DNA from: Malacoraja senta
Lineage: Eukaryota
Assembly (NCBI GenBank): GCA_038087875.1
Contig: CM075996.1
Coordinates: 6,698,001 to 6,762,000, forward strand
DNA: 64,000 bases
Direction: 5' to 3'
The position numbers and the translations under genes are program-made. A model generated the notes under the pieces. That model searched no databases. It was not told where the DNA came from and was given only the letters and a program-made list of their open reading frames with translations. Positions 14,046 through 27,799 of this stretch are shown in pieces (positions within the stretch are counted from its first letter, which is position 1; every line of letters starts with the position of its first letter).

Positions 14046-15398
14046 TAAGGCTAATGTACCTAAAGTAATAACCTTACTAGATTAAGTTGTAAAATTCTCC
14101 CTAATGTGTAGAATTAGCTTAGTTTAGGGACACAGCACGGAAACAACCCCCTTCGGCCCACCAAGTCCGCACCGACCAGTGATCCCTCGCACATTAACAC
14201 TGACCTACACACTAGGGATAATTTACATGGTCTCGACCCGAAATGTCACCCATTCCTTCTCTCCAGCGTTGCTGCCTGCCCCGCTGAGTTGATCCAGCAT
14301 TTTGTGTCTATCTTTGGTTTCAACCAGCATCTGCAGTTCCTTCATACACAGGGATAATTTACATTTACACCAAGCCAATTAACCAACAAACCTGCGCGTC
14401 TTTGGAGTGTGGGAGGAAAGCGAAGATCTCGGAGAAAACTCACGCAAAGGTCACAGGGCGAATGTACAAACCCCGTACAGACAGCACCCGCAGTCAGGAT
14501 CGAACCCGGGTCTCTGGCGCTGTGAGGCAGTAACTCTACCACTATGCCACTGTATAGCAGTTGTAATATTTCACAGTACCGCAGCAGTAAAGTTGCTGCC
14601 TCACGGCGCCAGAAACCCAGGTTCAATCCCAACAATGGGTGCTGTCTGTACGGAATTTGGCTTCAGTAAGTCCTTAGTGTATAGGATAGTGTTAGTATAC
14701 GAGGTGATCACCGGTCGGCACGGACTCAGTGGGCCGAAGAGCCTGTGTTTCGCGCTGTATCTCTAAACTAAACAAAGCTAAAGAACATTACAAGATTAAG
14801 TTGTAAAATTGTCTCTAGTGCGTAGGATAGTGTTGGTGTAACGGGGTGATCGCTGGTCAGTGCGGACTTGGTGTATCCACCTGTATTCCACGCTGCATCT
14901 CAAGTTTTCATTACAATGAAATTCTTCATTGGGAATCGCACTAAAGTCATCATGAATGAAATTCATAGCGGTTGTGAATGGAGATGAGAACGGAGATGAG
15001 GAAACACTTTTTCTAGAACGGAGATGAGGAAACACTTTTTCTCACAGAGAGTGTGAGTCTGTGGAATTCTCCGCCTCAGAGGGCGGTTGGAGGCCAGTTC
15101 TCTGGATGCTTTCAAGAGGGAGCTAGATAGGGCTCTTAAAGATAGCGGAGTCAGGGGATATGGGGAGAAGGCAGGAACGGGGTACTGATTGCGGATGATC
15201 AGCCATGATCACATTGAATGGTGGTGCTGGCTCGAAGGGCCGAATGGCCTACTCCTGCACCTATTGTCTATTGTCTATTGTCAGTTGTAATAATTCTATT
15301 GTGTCACAGCTTCGTTCTTCTGTCTCAGTTCCAACCTGATTGCATTTTTCTTTTTGTTACCACAAATGCCCAATTCTCCACGTTTATTCCTTCCGCAG

Positions 15399-15497
15399 AA
15401 AGTTCCTGAAGCACCAGCTGAGGGGAAGAACTGCGAGCTCCTCTTAGTTGTAAGCGAGGAGGTGGAGATTCATCAGAGCTGGAGAATGGACGGCTGA
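15399..15497 (+). CDS. JOSD1: Josephin-1 last coding exon, with an apparent 1-bp frameshift at 15422-15425
   Basis: ttccgcag acceptor. KFLKHQLRG in one frame, then [23 protein letters not shown] in a shifted frame, matching the known JOSD1 C-terminus. Confidence 0.9.
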   Translation, partial: KVPEAPAEGKNCELLLVVSEEVEIHQSWRMDG

Positions 15498-16734
15498 CAC
15501 GTGAAGTCGCGATCAAACCGAACCTTTGCAGCCGCTACAGCTCCGCCTTCCGTGGACAGAACCAGAACTCCAACCCAGAACAGTGAACGCAGAAGACTTT
15601 ATCAGAGGAATTGCTCATTTTATTTCAGGTCTGCATATCTTAACACGAACACGGAGGCCTAAGTATCCTACACAAGAATTGTGCTTTTTTTTAGAACAAA
15701 AATATATATATATATATATCTCCTCTCTATATATATATATATAAACTACTCGAAGTGTGGAAAACTTGATGAGTTTTGTTTTTGGCTTGTTGCTTTAGTA
15801 AAGAAAGTGTAAAAATATAAATATAAAAATAAGAAAAAAGATTAAGAAGGGGCCGGGTGATCCTTGATCTCTGGGCCAAGGCTAAAATTAAAGGAAAATG
15901 TTTATTACTGAACAGCATGCTCCTCTCCACGTCAGTGTCTCACTAGATTTTTTTTGCTCAAGCATACTTTTTCAAGAAACACAGAAGACACTGCAAACAC
16001 TCTGCTTTTTTGGACAGCGTCTCCAGAAAGACAGCGAGAGAGATAGAGAGAGAGAGAGAGCGACACAGCTCACGTGAAAATTCTTCTTTTAAAATTGATG
16101 CATGTCTTCATATTTTCCTGTCCTAGCTCAAGACACATCAATAAGCTGACTTACGTTTTTTCTAATTGAGAGTTAAGAAAAGATTAGATTTCTAAACATT
16201 AAATATTAGGGAACCAAAACGGAAAAGCGATTGCTGCCAATTGTGTTGTGAATGTATCAATATCTGGGAGAGCGCTTGTGATGGCCAAAATGATTTTATT
16301 TTTGTCCATTCAGACTTTGCACACAGACGTAACGTGACAAATCAAGTTTGAAAATTGTTTTGGCTCCTTGGCTCTTGACGTGGACACTAAACTCAGTGAC
16401 TGCATTGACAATCTGGTCAAGAGTAGATGGAATGATTGGGGTCCTGATGGGATTGGGTTTCTATTTGTTTTGTGGCTTGTTTTAAAAAGTATCGTACCAC
16501 TGCTTTTGATTTTTCCTGCACAATTCAGTAGCCCCTTTACTTGTCGTACTTGCCACCAATGGCATGCCGATAGATGCTCCTGGGGTTGGTGCGTTGCCTG
16601 CCCTGCACCCACTAGGTGTCATGTAGAGGATAAATGTGTGGGAAGGAACTGCAGATGCTGGTTAAGCCGAAGATAGACACAAAAAGCTGGAGTAACTCGG
16701 CGGGTCAGGCAGCATCTCTGGAGAAAAAGGAATA

Positions 16735-16768
16735 GGTGACGTTTCGGGTCGAGACCCTTCTTCAGACT
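16735..16768 (-). ncRNA. Minimal hammerhead-ribozyme-like motif in a Penelope terminal repeat (representative copy)
   Basis: Minus strand reads agt-CUGAAGA-a-GGGUC-uc-GACCC-GAAAC-GUC-acc: CUGANGA core, stem II, GAAA, palindromic ACGU, GUC triplet. Confidence 0.7.
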
Positions 16769-18211
16769 GAGAATCAGTGGAAAGGGAAACGTGGGATATA
16801 GAAGGTGGTATAGAGAGATATAGAACAAGTGAATGGAAGATATGGAAAAAGTAACGATGGTCAAGGAAGGTGCGCCCACAATGGTCCATTGTTGGCTGTG
16901 GGCTAGGTGATAACGGGTTATGGAGGCAGAGAAACTCAACTTTACGTGGAGTATGAAGTAAGCTAATCCTCTCTGTTTTCTGATGGAGGGCTAGATTCCA
17001 CACTTCCAAACCCCAATCCAGAGGACAGTCAACGAAACTCAAATCCAAACTTGGCCAAACCAGGGGCAGCAACCAAGGTAGAGTGGGTGGATGAGGTAAT
17101 GTCTCGCACCAAACAATTCGGCACGGTGGCGCAGCGGTAATGTTGCTGCCTTACAGCGCAAGAGACCCGGGTTGGATCCCGACTAGGGGTGCTGTCTGTA
17201 CGGAGTTTGTACGTCCTCCCTGTGACCACGTGGGTTTTCTCCGGGAGCTCTGGTTTCCTCCCACACTCCAAAGACGTACAGGTTTGTAGGTTTAAGAAAG
17301 AACTGCAGATGCTGGTTAAATCGAAGGTAGACACAAAATGCTGGAGAAACTCGGCGGGTGAGGCAGCATCTATGGAGAGAAGGAATTGGCGATGTTCGGG
17401 TCGCGACCCTTCTTCAGACTGATGTCAGGGGAAGGGGCGGGACTAAATTCCTTCTCTCCATAGATGCTGCCTCACCCGCTGAGTTACTCCAGCATTTTGT
17501 GTCTACCTCAGGTTTGTAGGTTAATTGGCTTTGTAAAACTGTAAATTGTCCCCTGTGTGTGTAGGATAGTGTTAGTGTGCGGGGATCACTGGTCGGCGCG
17601 GTGGGCCGGAGGGCCTGTTTCCGCGTTGTATCTCTAAAAACTAAACTAAACTGCATTCGGCACTCTTTTGGCACCTTAACAATTGTTTTGACAATCCATT
17701 TAAAGACCTAGATTCACAGAAGTTAAGGATTTTATCTGTATTAGGTGAGATTTATATCCAACTCATCTTGTAGCTGTGCTACTGTGGCTGCAGATGCTAA
17801 TGCAAGAACTGCAGAATGAATGCTTGTTCTGGAGGTTTGGGGTGACACTGGAGGCTTTGCTGATCTGATGTGCTCTTGTGTGTCTGTCCTCCGCCGCTAT
17901 TAATGCACGGGGTCACGTTCAATTGAAAGATCATACATTGAGGAAAGGAATTGTCATTGCCGTGCCTTACTTTGCCTTTGTCTTATGGACACTGGGAATT
18001 GAGGTCACGGCGAGTTTTCTTTCAACGTTATTTTTAAATGGCGCAATTAAAGACTTGCGCATTTCCGGAAATAATGGCTCTCCGAGAGTCTTGAGGCCAT
18101 ACACCCGGGAGCAAATCTCTTCAGATGTTCATCAGCTACAGCTGAGTAAGAGAGTTACAGCTACCGTGATCGGAGAAATCAGGACGTATTGAGGAACCTA
18201 AGGTCACACTA

Positions 18212-18520
18212 GGGCAGCACAGTGGTCGTGGCGCAGCGGTAGAGTTGCTGCCTCACAGCGCCAGAGACCCAGCTTCCATCCTGACTACGGGTGCTGTCTG
18301 CACCTTCTCCCCGTGACCTGCGTGGGTTTTCTCCTGGTGCTCCGGTTTCCTCCCACACTCCAAAGACGAACAGGTTTGTCGGTTAATTGGCTTGGTTAAA
18401 TTGTGAGAATTGTTCCAAAGTGGGTGCAGGATAGCGTTGGTGTGCGGGGATCTCCGGTCGTCACGGACCCGGTGGGCCGTAAGGGCCTGTTTCCGTGCTG
18501 TGTCTCTGGACTAAACTAAC
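18212..18520 (+). mobile_element. HE1/V-SINE-like SINE
   Basis: Colinear with 56575-56883. Confidence 0.85.
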
Positions 18521-19794
18521 CTTGCGCTTCACAGAGGTCTGCGTAGACGGCTAAATAAAAATCCTCACAAATATGCAAGCGGAGGTCAGAATCTTGTGGA
18601 TTCCAAGAAAGAACAAGAGACCATGAAAGGGATGTTGCCTCGATCTCCGATCTTTCATCCAGACCTGACCCCATGGACAAGAAGTGATAAGAGCTGAGCA
18701 CTAAGTGGACGGATACGCACATGGAGGGGACATTCGGACTACCATACGCTTCAAAGATGACTACTTATTTAGTTAATTACAATCATAAGTTCTGGGAGCT
18801 GAATGAGGCCATTCGGCCCATCAAGTCCGCCAATCAACCATGGCTGACCTATCCCTCTCAACCCTATTCGTCTGCCTTCTCCCCATAACCCCTGACACCC
18901 GTACTAATCAAGAATCTGTCAATCTCTGCCTTAAAAACATCCATTGACTTGGCCTCCACAGCCGTCTGTGGCAATGAATTCCACAGATTCACCACCCTCT
19001 GGCCCTCCAAAGATCGTCTCCTCTCAATGTCCACGTTGCAGGCAGGCAAGATGGATATTTTTTGTATCTCCTTTCATAACATCAGGGTTTCCTAAAATGT
19101 TACATAGTCAACTGGATTTTTATGACGTTTAGAAAGAATGAGAATCAAGGAACCTAATGCATTCTCCCGCCTACACCTTGTGAACTTGCCTCTGTTATTG
19201 CAAGCTAACGAGAGTTTAAGTCGAAACAAGGAAGTGCAGTTTACCAAAATAAAAGACGCGATGCTGGAGTAACTGAGCGGGGTCAGGCAGCATCTCTGGA
19301 GAACATGGGGAGGTGACGTTTGGGGTCGGGACCCTCCTTTGGATCTGTTCTCCAAAGATGCTGCCTGACCCACTGAGTTATTCCAACTTTTTCTGTCCGT
19401 CTTCCGTTTAAACCAGAGTCTGCAGTGCCTCCCTACACATGGAGATGTGACATTTTGGGTTGGCACCCTACTTTAAACTGATAGTGAGTGTGAATGAATT
19501 CACCAATCTATTTAAGGTAGACAAAAACGCTGGAGAAACTCAGCGGGTGAGGCAGCATCTATGGAGCGAAGGAATAGGTGATGTTTCGGGTCGAGTCCCG
19601 ACCGGAAACGTCACCTATTCCTTCGCTCCATAGATGCTGCCTGACCCGCTGAGTTTCTCCAGCATTTTTGTCTACCTTCGATTTTTCCAGCATCTGCAGT
19701 TCTTTCTTAACCAACATATTTAACTTGATTTGGTTAAATAATGAATGTCGGAACTTTAATCCATGAAGAAGCAGCAGAGTTCCCTTGATTCCCT

Positions 19795-20015
19795 GTGTTG
19801 GAAGGAACTGCAGATGCTGGTTTACACCGAAAAGTAGACACAAAGTGCTGGAGTAACTCAGCGGGTCAGGCTGCATCTCTGGAGTGAAGGAATGGGTGAC
19901 ATTTCGGGTCGAGACCCTTCTTCAGACCGATGAAGGGTCTCGACCCGAAACGTCACCCATTCCTTCTCTCCAGAGATGCTGCCTGTCCCACTGAGTTACT
20001 CCAGCGTTTTGTGTC
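19795..20015. repeat. Palindromic Penelope-derived short element
   Basis: Same fold-back organisation centred near 19925. Confidence 0.8.
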
Positions 20016-20556
20016 ATCCCTTGACCCAAGTTTCTGCCCCAGCCTCTGAAAGAATAAGTCCAGCTCCTTCTTCTTACGTATGGCGTGCACAGCCTAAAGT
20101 TGTAGGACAACTTGTTCTATTTGATCTTATTTGATTGTGCACGCCGGGTTGATTGCATTCGTCGAAACAGGGCAGACCACGTGAAGGTTGCAATCTCCCA
20201 CCCCAAGTTCAGCAATGATTGAGAGGATTTTGCAAGAGAAACTAGGTAGAAAGCGATAGCTCTGTCAGCCACTGCTCCACTAGGCAGGTTGTTACTTGAC
20301 CGTGGGATTGCAGGTTCAGTTCCAGCATTCGCCTGCCGCTAAGACATGACTACATAACGTTCTCCAAGTTTCTGTGTCGCCCTTCAATAGTGTAACTGAT
20401 CCTTGGTCCATAGAGACGTTGTCATGATGTTTCTTTTGCAAGGATTTGAGCATTGTCACTTGAGGTTGAGGAACATAGAGAGCAGCCAGCCATGGGAAGG
20501 TCCTTTATTGAAACATGTTTGGGAAGCAGTGATCCAGGGCAAACAGGTTCTGGGTG

Positions 20557-20850
20557 ACACGGTGACTCAAGCGGTGGAGTTGCTGCCTTACAGTGCCAGA
20601 GACCCAGGTGCGATCCTGGCCACGGGTGCTTGTCTATACGTTCTCCCCGTGACCTGCGTGGGATTTCTTCGAGAGCTTCGGTTTCCTCCCACACTCCAAG
20701 GACGTACAGGTTTGTAGGTTGATTGGCTTGGTGTAAATGTGACAATTGTTCCTAGTGTAAGAGAGTGTTAGTGTGCGGGGATCGCTGGTCGGCGCGGGCC
20801 CGGTGGGCCGAAGGGCCTGTTTCCGCGCTGTATGGCTAAACTAAACTAAA
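20557..20850 (+). mobile_element. HE1/V-SINE-like SINE
   Basis: Colinear with 56575-56883; ctaaactaaactaaa tail. Confidence 0.85.
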
Positions 20851-23413
20851 GGATCAATGTGCCGTCGACACTTCAACAAAGAGCAGTAAATGAATCTAAA
20901 TCTCTCGGGACTCTGAGCCAAAGGGGAAGTCGGTGTTAGATGTCCATTGCTGGCCAAAACCAAGTTTTATTTAGAGGAATAAAACAGGTAAAGGCCATTA
21001 CCACCTTGACGCTTTTCCCCCTTTAACAGAGTTGATGTTGACAAATCTAGCATTGAAACTCGGTGTAGCAGGAGGCCATTCGGCCCTTTGAGCCATTCAA
21101 TATGGTCATGGCCGATCGTCCAAAATCAGTTCCCTGTTCCTGCTTTCCCCCCCCCCTAATCCCTTGCTTCCGTTAGCCCTAAGAGCCCAACCCTAACCCA
21201 TGGCTTGCTTCAAAAACTGAAGCCTTCTGCATGTCAGATAGACAATAGGTGCAGGAGCAGGCCATTCGGCCCCTCGAGCCAGCAGCGCCATTCAATATGA
21301 TCATGGCTGATCATCCCCAATCAGTAACCCGTTCCTGCCTTCTCCCCATATCCCCTGACATGTTTAAGAGCCCTATCTAGGTCTCTCTTGAAAGCATCCA
21401 GAGAACCAGCCTCCACCGCCCTCTGAGGCAGAGAATTCCACAGACTCACAACTCTCTGTGTGATCTTGTTATACTGGAGGAGGACTCCTTACTTAGTCTT
21501 TAAATCAACTCATGCTACTCACTCTGGCCCTGAGAGGTGTTTTTGTTCGAGCTGACCAAAGATGAATAGAGAAAGGGGAAGTGTAACTGGATATTCTATT
21601 CAATTGCAATGCAGTCGTTACTGTCGTGCATATGGGAAGGTTCCTTCTGCTTGACCAGACTAATGCTGTCCGTCTTGGAATGATCCGCGGTGAAGTTCTC
21701 CTTTTCGACGAGTCAGGGTGTGTAAACAGTTCCTAAAATAGGCACAAAAAGCTGGAGTAACTCAGTGGGACAGGCAGCATCTCTGGAGAGAAGGATTGGG
21801 TGACGTTTCAGGTCGAGCCCCCTCTTCAGACTGGTTAGGGATAAGAGAAACCAGAGATATAGACGATGATGTGGAGAGACAAAGAACAGTGAATATGCAA
21901 AAAAAAGTGACGATGATAAAGGAGATATTTGATAAAGGAAACGTCACCCATTCCTTCTCTCCAGAGATGCTGCCTGTCCTGCTGAGTTACTCCAGCTTTT
22001 TGTGTCTATCTTTGGTTTAAACCAGCATCTGCAGTTCTTTCCCACACAAGCAGTTCCTAAAGTTGGGCATCCAGAGATGGTATGGTCTAGATAAACGGAG
22101 CAGAGTTTTGAGAAGGGGGATCGGAGTGTGTAAGCAGTTCCTAACGTTGGGAATCCAAAGGTGGTATCGTCCTGATAAACGGGGCAGCATTTTAGAGACA
22201 GCATTTACAGGTTGCATACTGTGCGGGGAGCGGGTAGGAATGGAAGCGGGGGTCGTGAGATGGTCTCCTGGGATCGCAGAGATGGTGTTTGTGGATCACC
22301 CGGATATGGGAAATTGGTCTTGTGGATTGTGTTGGGGGCGAGAAGTGTCTGTGGACAGTGTAAGATTTTATGAGGGTCTGTCTTATGAGGGAATTTGTTG
22401 CAGGTAGTTTGCGGTGCATGGGTCTGGGCCTAAAGCAGCGTCTTCATTTTACATGCCTGAAGCGCAGTGCCTGTAAATCTCTGCAGAACTTTGTTGCAGA
22501 AACCCATGCATCTGCTGCTGCTGCTGCTGCATTTCTGGATGCGATCGAAGTAGATGCGGGCTCAGCCCACGACACAGGGAATCTGCACGGGCTTTGCAGC
22601 CGCTCATTTGGGCGGCGGTTAGTTTTGATTCTCTCGTTTTGAGTGCGGGACGTCGTTGAGGTAGCATGTTCCAAAGGTGCACAAAGACGGGTGTCTCTGC
22701 AGTTCACAAGGCCATCGATGCTGCTCCATCCCCGTTTAACTGGAGTCAAGAGAAAAAAACACACTCTCTGAGCATCACCCATCCTTTGGCCTTTGTCCAA
22801 CAGGGGTTTGACATACACATATCTCTACTGCCTCTGCGCTTCAGCAATCACAACTAACACAGAACTTGGCATGATTACAAGCCGGAGGTCAGTCGATATG
22901 TATTTCTATTACCTTATCCCTTGTATTTGAGAGAGGGCAACAATTTGCTCAGCTATGTAATAAACACTATATGTTTTTTCAGGGGGTAATTGTGAGGATT
23001 GTTTCTGCTTTAGACTCCTCAGGCCGCAGAAATAAATGCTAAGTTTCCGACTGGATAGATTACAGTCATCTACTTTGTGTTGTGGTACTCGACAATTCGT
23101 ACCGAGTTCGGAACTGGGACCAGGACCTTACTCCCGCTCCTGATTCCCAAGTTTCAACAACATTTTCCATCAGTTTGTTTAAATACGATACTGACAGTGT
23201 TGGGTTTTTTTTGTGGCCTTCATGTGTAAGATGAAAATGTTTTGAGAAAAGTTGCTATTAAACTTGGCAATTGACTTCTGTTTGAATGACTTTCTTCCTA
23301 GACTTTTTTTTATCTGTGGAGAATCTTTAGTTCTGAGTTTGGAGACGCACTGTCACCTTCGGCCCACCGAGTCCGCGCCGACCAGCGATCACCCGCACGC
23401 CAGAACTATCCTA

Positions 23414-23448
<35 letters not shown>

Positions 23449-24074
23449 GGGACAATTTACGGAAACCAATTAACCCACAAACCGGTTTAAAGGAGTCTTT
23501 GGAGTGTGGGAGGAACGCGGAGCACCCGGAGATAATACCCAGGGGGCAACGGGAACATACAAACTCCGTACAGACAGCACCCGTAGCCAGGATTGAACCC
23601 GGGTCTCTGGCCCTACAAGGCAGCAAACCTACCACCTCGCCACTGTGCTGTCCACAATTCTCACAGTATTTAAGAATATATTAGATACAGGTAAGAGTTT
23701 GAGGGAAGGTTTGTAATTATAATTGCTGATGACAGATAGGCAGAGATTTGTTTATATAACTTACCACTAATATAAATAAAACTGTCTCATAAATAAGACA
23801 GTGTCTTAGACACATAACTATTCAACATTTATCTCGCCAGCTATTTGTACGTATGCATGGTATTATTTGACCAGTTGGTGGCACAGTGGTAGAGTTGCTG
23901 CCTCGGCGCCAGAGACCTGGGTTCTATCCTGACCTCGGGCGATGTCTGCGTGGAGTTTGCATGTTCTCCAGGTAGCTGCGCGGGTTTTCTCCGGGTGCTC
24001 CGGTTTCCTCGCACACTCAAAAAGCGTGCAGGCTTGTAGCTTCTGTAAAAAGGTCCCTCATGTGTAAGATAGAC

Positions 24075-24765
24075 TCCCTGGTCAACTTGTCCCTTCCCAC
24101 CCTTACCACCCCCTCCCCAGGCACTTTCCCCTGCAACCGCAGGAGAATCAAAACACCTGTCCCTTTACCTCCCCCCTCGACTCCATCCAAGGACCCAATC
24201 AGTCTTTCCAGGTGAGGCAGAGGTTCACTTGCACCTCCTCCAACCTCATCTACTGTATCCGCTGTTCCAGGTGGCAACTGCTCTACATTCGGCGAGACCA
24301 AGCGCAGGCTTGGAGATCGTTTCGCTGAACACCTCCGTACAGTCCGTCTTAACTTAGCTGTTCTCCCGGTGGCCCAGCACTTCAACTCCCCCTCCCATTC
24401 CCAATCTGACCTTTCTGTCCTGGGCCTCCTCCATTGTCAGAGTGAGGCCCAGCGCAAATTGGAGGAACAGCACCTTATATTTTGCTTGGGTAGTTTGCAC
24501 CCCAGCGGTATGAACATTGACCTCTCTAACTTCAGATAGCCTTTGCTTTCCCTCTCCATTCCCTTCTCCTTCCCAGTTCTCCAACTAATCTTACCGTCTC
24601 CGCCTATAGTCTTTGTTCCTCCCCTCCCCTGACATCGGTCTAAAGAAGGGTCTCGACCTGAAACGCCGCCCATTCCTTCTCTCCAGAGATGCTGCCTCAC
24701 CCGCTGAGTTACTCCAGCATTTTGTGTCTACCTTTGACTTTACCAGCATCTGCAGTTCTTTCTTA
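24075..24765 (+). mobile_element. Penelope-like element 3' fragment (GIY-YIG endonuclease remnant plus terminal repeat module)
   Basis: NLIYCIRCSR..LLYI/GETKRRLGDRFAEHLR (frameshifted) at ~24240-24340, followed by the same terminal module found in many copies across the window. Confidence 0.85.
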
Positions 24766-26944
24766 CACAATAAATAAAGGACATGGGTTTAAGGTGAGAG
24801 AGGGAAAAATGTAATAGGAACCCGAGAGGCAACTTTTCCCCCACAGAGGCTGGTGGGTAGATGGAAGGAGCTTCTGGGGGTAGTTGAGGCAGGTATCACA
24901 ATACTTAAAAGATATTTTGACAGGTACATGGATTGGAAAGGTTTAGAGGGATATGGGCCAAACACAGGCAGATGGGACTAGTCGATGGAGTATCTTGGGC
25001 AAGTTGGGCCGAAGGGCCTGTTCTACTCTGTGTGACTCTGAGTATGGAATGCGCATGCAAAACATCAACCTCTTCTCCGCTGTTATCAGATTCTTGAACG
25101 GACTTCCCATATGCTAAGGACGAATTCCTAATCTTCCAATCAACCTTGTTACAGCCCCTTGCACTTTTTTCCCCCATCTGCACTTTCTCTGTACCTGTAA
25201 CATTATATTCTGCCCTCTGTTTATTGCCACAAAATATTGTTGGCTGATACTTTTAAGGAAAAATCCAAAGCTTTTTTCTGTAAGTCTGTGAAGCAGGAAA
25301 GCAAAGAAAGACTAGGAACGATGGTGGCAAAATGCTGTGGGTGAGGTCCAAGACAAATATTTCTCACCTAGTCCAGAGGAATAAAGATAGTGTTGTTACT
25401 GATTTCAGGGAAGGAACTTGGATATTCTATGTTTAAATAGTAGGATGTTTCAGATATAACACACGATGAGCGTTTGTCGGCAATGGGCCTGTACTCGCTG
25501 GAGTTTAGAAGGATGAATGGGTACCTCATTGAAACTTACCGAATAGTGAAAGGCTTGGATAGAGGGGATGTAGAGAGGATGTTTCCACTGGTGGGAGAGT
25601 CTAGGACTAGAGGTCACAGCCTCAGAATTAAAGGACGTTCTTTTAGGAAGGAGATGAGGAATTTCTTTGGTAGACAAAAGTGCTGGAGAAACTCAGCGGG
25701 TGCAGCAGCATCTATGGAGCAAAGGAAATAGGCAACGTTTAGGGCCGAAACCCTTCTTCAGAAGGGTTTTCTTTAGGAAATTTGAGGAATTTCTTTAGTC
25801 AGAGGGTGGTGAATCTGTGGAATTCTTTGCCACAGATGGCTGTGGAGGTCAAGTCAGTGGATATATTTAAGGCAGAGATAGATAGATTCTTCATTAGTAC
25901 GGGTGTCAGAGGTTATGGGGAGAAGGCAAGAGAATGGGGTTAGGAGGGAGAGATAGATCGGCCATGATTGAATGGCGGAGTAGACTTGATGGGCCGAATG
26001 GCCTAATTCTCCTCCTATCACATGGTCGTATGATCTTAACCTTGGCAGGCATAAAGGGGGATAAATCGCCAGGGTCGGGTGTGGTGTTTCCAAGACTGTT
26101 GTGGGAGGTGAGGGACAATGATGTGGGGCAGGAACAAAGCTTTGTAAACCTTTGCCGACCACAGGCGAGGTGTCAAATGACTGGGGAACACCAAATGTGG
26201 CACCGCAATCCGCAGGGATAATAAGCCAGGTCATTATGGAATAGTGAAAGGCCTGGATCGAGTAGATGCAGAGAGGATGCTTCCACTAGTGGGAGAGTCT
26301 GGAACCAGAGGCCGTAGCTCAAAATAAAAGGACGTACCTGTAGAAAGGAGATGAAGAGGAATTTCTTTCGTCAGAGGGTGGTGAAGCCACAGAATATATT
26401 ACCACAAACGGCTGTGCAGGCCAAGTCATTGGGTATTTTAGACAGGATTAGAAAGGGTGTCAAGGGTTATGGGGAGAGGGCAGGAGAATGGGGTTGAGAG
26501 GGATAGATCGATCGGCCATGACTGAATGGCAGAGTAGAATTGATGGGCTGAATGGCCTAATTCTGCTCCTAGAACCTAAGAACTTACAATTACAGGGTCT
26601 AATATCAGAGGGGCAGCATGGTGGCGCGGCGGTAGAGTTGCTGCCTCAGCCCCAGAGACCCGTGTTCGATCCTAATTACGGGCGCTGTCTGTACGGAGCT
26701 TGTACCTTCTGCCTGTGACCTCGTTGGTTTTCTCCAGGTGCTCCGGTTTCCCCACACATTCCAAAGACGTGTAGGTTTGTAGGTTAATTGGCTTCGGTAA
26801 ATTGTCCCTAATGTGTGTGTGTGTGTGTAGGATAGAACGGGTGCACGGGTGCTCGCTGGTGGGCGTGGACGTGGTGGGCCGAAGTGGCTGTTTCCACGCT
26901 GTATCTCTAAAGTCTAAATCTCAATACGGATCGGGTTTCAAAAG

Positions 26945-27412
26945 ACAATAGACAATAGGTGCAGGAGTAGGCCATTCGGCCCTTCGAGCCAGCACCGCCA
27001 TTCAATGTGATCATGGCTGATCATCCCCAATCAGTACCCCATTCCTGCCTTCTCCCCCATATCCCCTGACTCCGCTATCTTTAAGAGCCCTATCTAGCTC
27101 TCTCTTGAAAGCATCCAGAGAACCTGCCTCCACTGCCCTCTGAGGCAGAGAATTCCACAACACTCTGTGAGAAAAAGTGTTTCCTCGTCTCCGTTCTAAA
27201 TGGCTTACCCCTTATTTTTAAACTGTGTGGCCCCTGGTTCTGGACTCCCCCAACATCGGGAACATGTTTCCTGCCTCTAGCGTGTCCAAACCCTTAACAA
27301 TCTTATATGTTTCAATGAGATACCCTCTCATCCTTCTAAACTCCAGAGTGTACAAGCCCAGCTGCTTCATTCTCTCAGCATATGACAGTCCCGCCATCCC
27401 GGGAATTAACCT
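26945..27412 (-). mobile_element. CR1-clade LINE 3' fragment
   Basis: Same 3' sequence and tail as the other CR1 copies; ORF 27218-27487. Confidence 0.85.
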
Positions 27413-27799
27413 GGTAAAAGAGCCAGCACGAGCCATATAAACCGAATGGCCTCCAACCCAGTGCTGTCGAGCTTCGAAGGCCCACACGTTAGCCAGGTAT
27501 GACCCCGGTCAGGGTTCAGCCGAAGTTCACAACCAGCTCGAGTGGTGATTTACAGCAATGGCACATGAAGTCCTCGCTAAGCTCTTTACAAAAGCCGCAT
27601 TGTGCTGTCCTTGCTCTCGTAATACCTTGCACTGCGATTTGCATATCTCCATGGAGCTACCATGGAATGCCATGACACCTCTTTGTTACGTCGCTGTATA
27701 ATATAGTTTAGTTTAGTTTAGAGATACAGCGCGGAAACAGGCCCTTCGGCCCACCGAATCCACGCCGACCGGCCCACTGAATCCCCGCACACTAGTGTG

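Noticed and set aside
13610..14048. GC-rich stretch with several overlapping ORFs (possible CpG island or gene)
   Set aside because: Bounded by MITE TIRs and TAA flanks; ORFs show no recognisable protein similarity.
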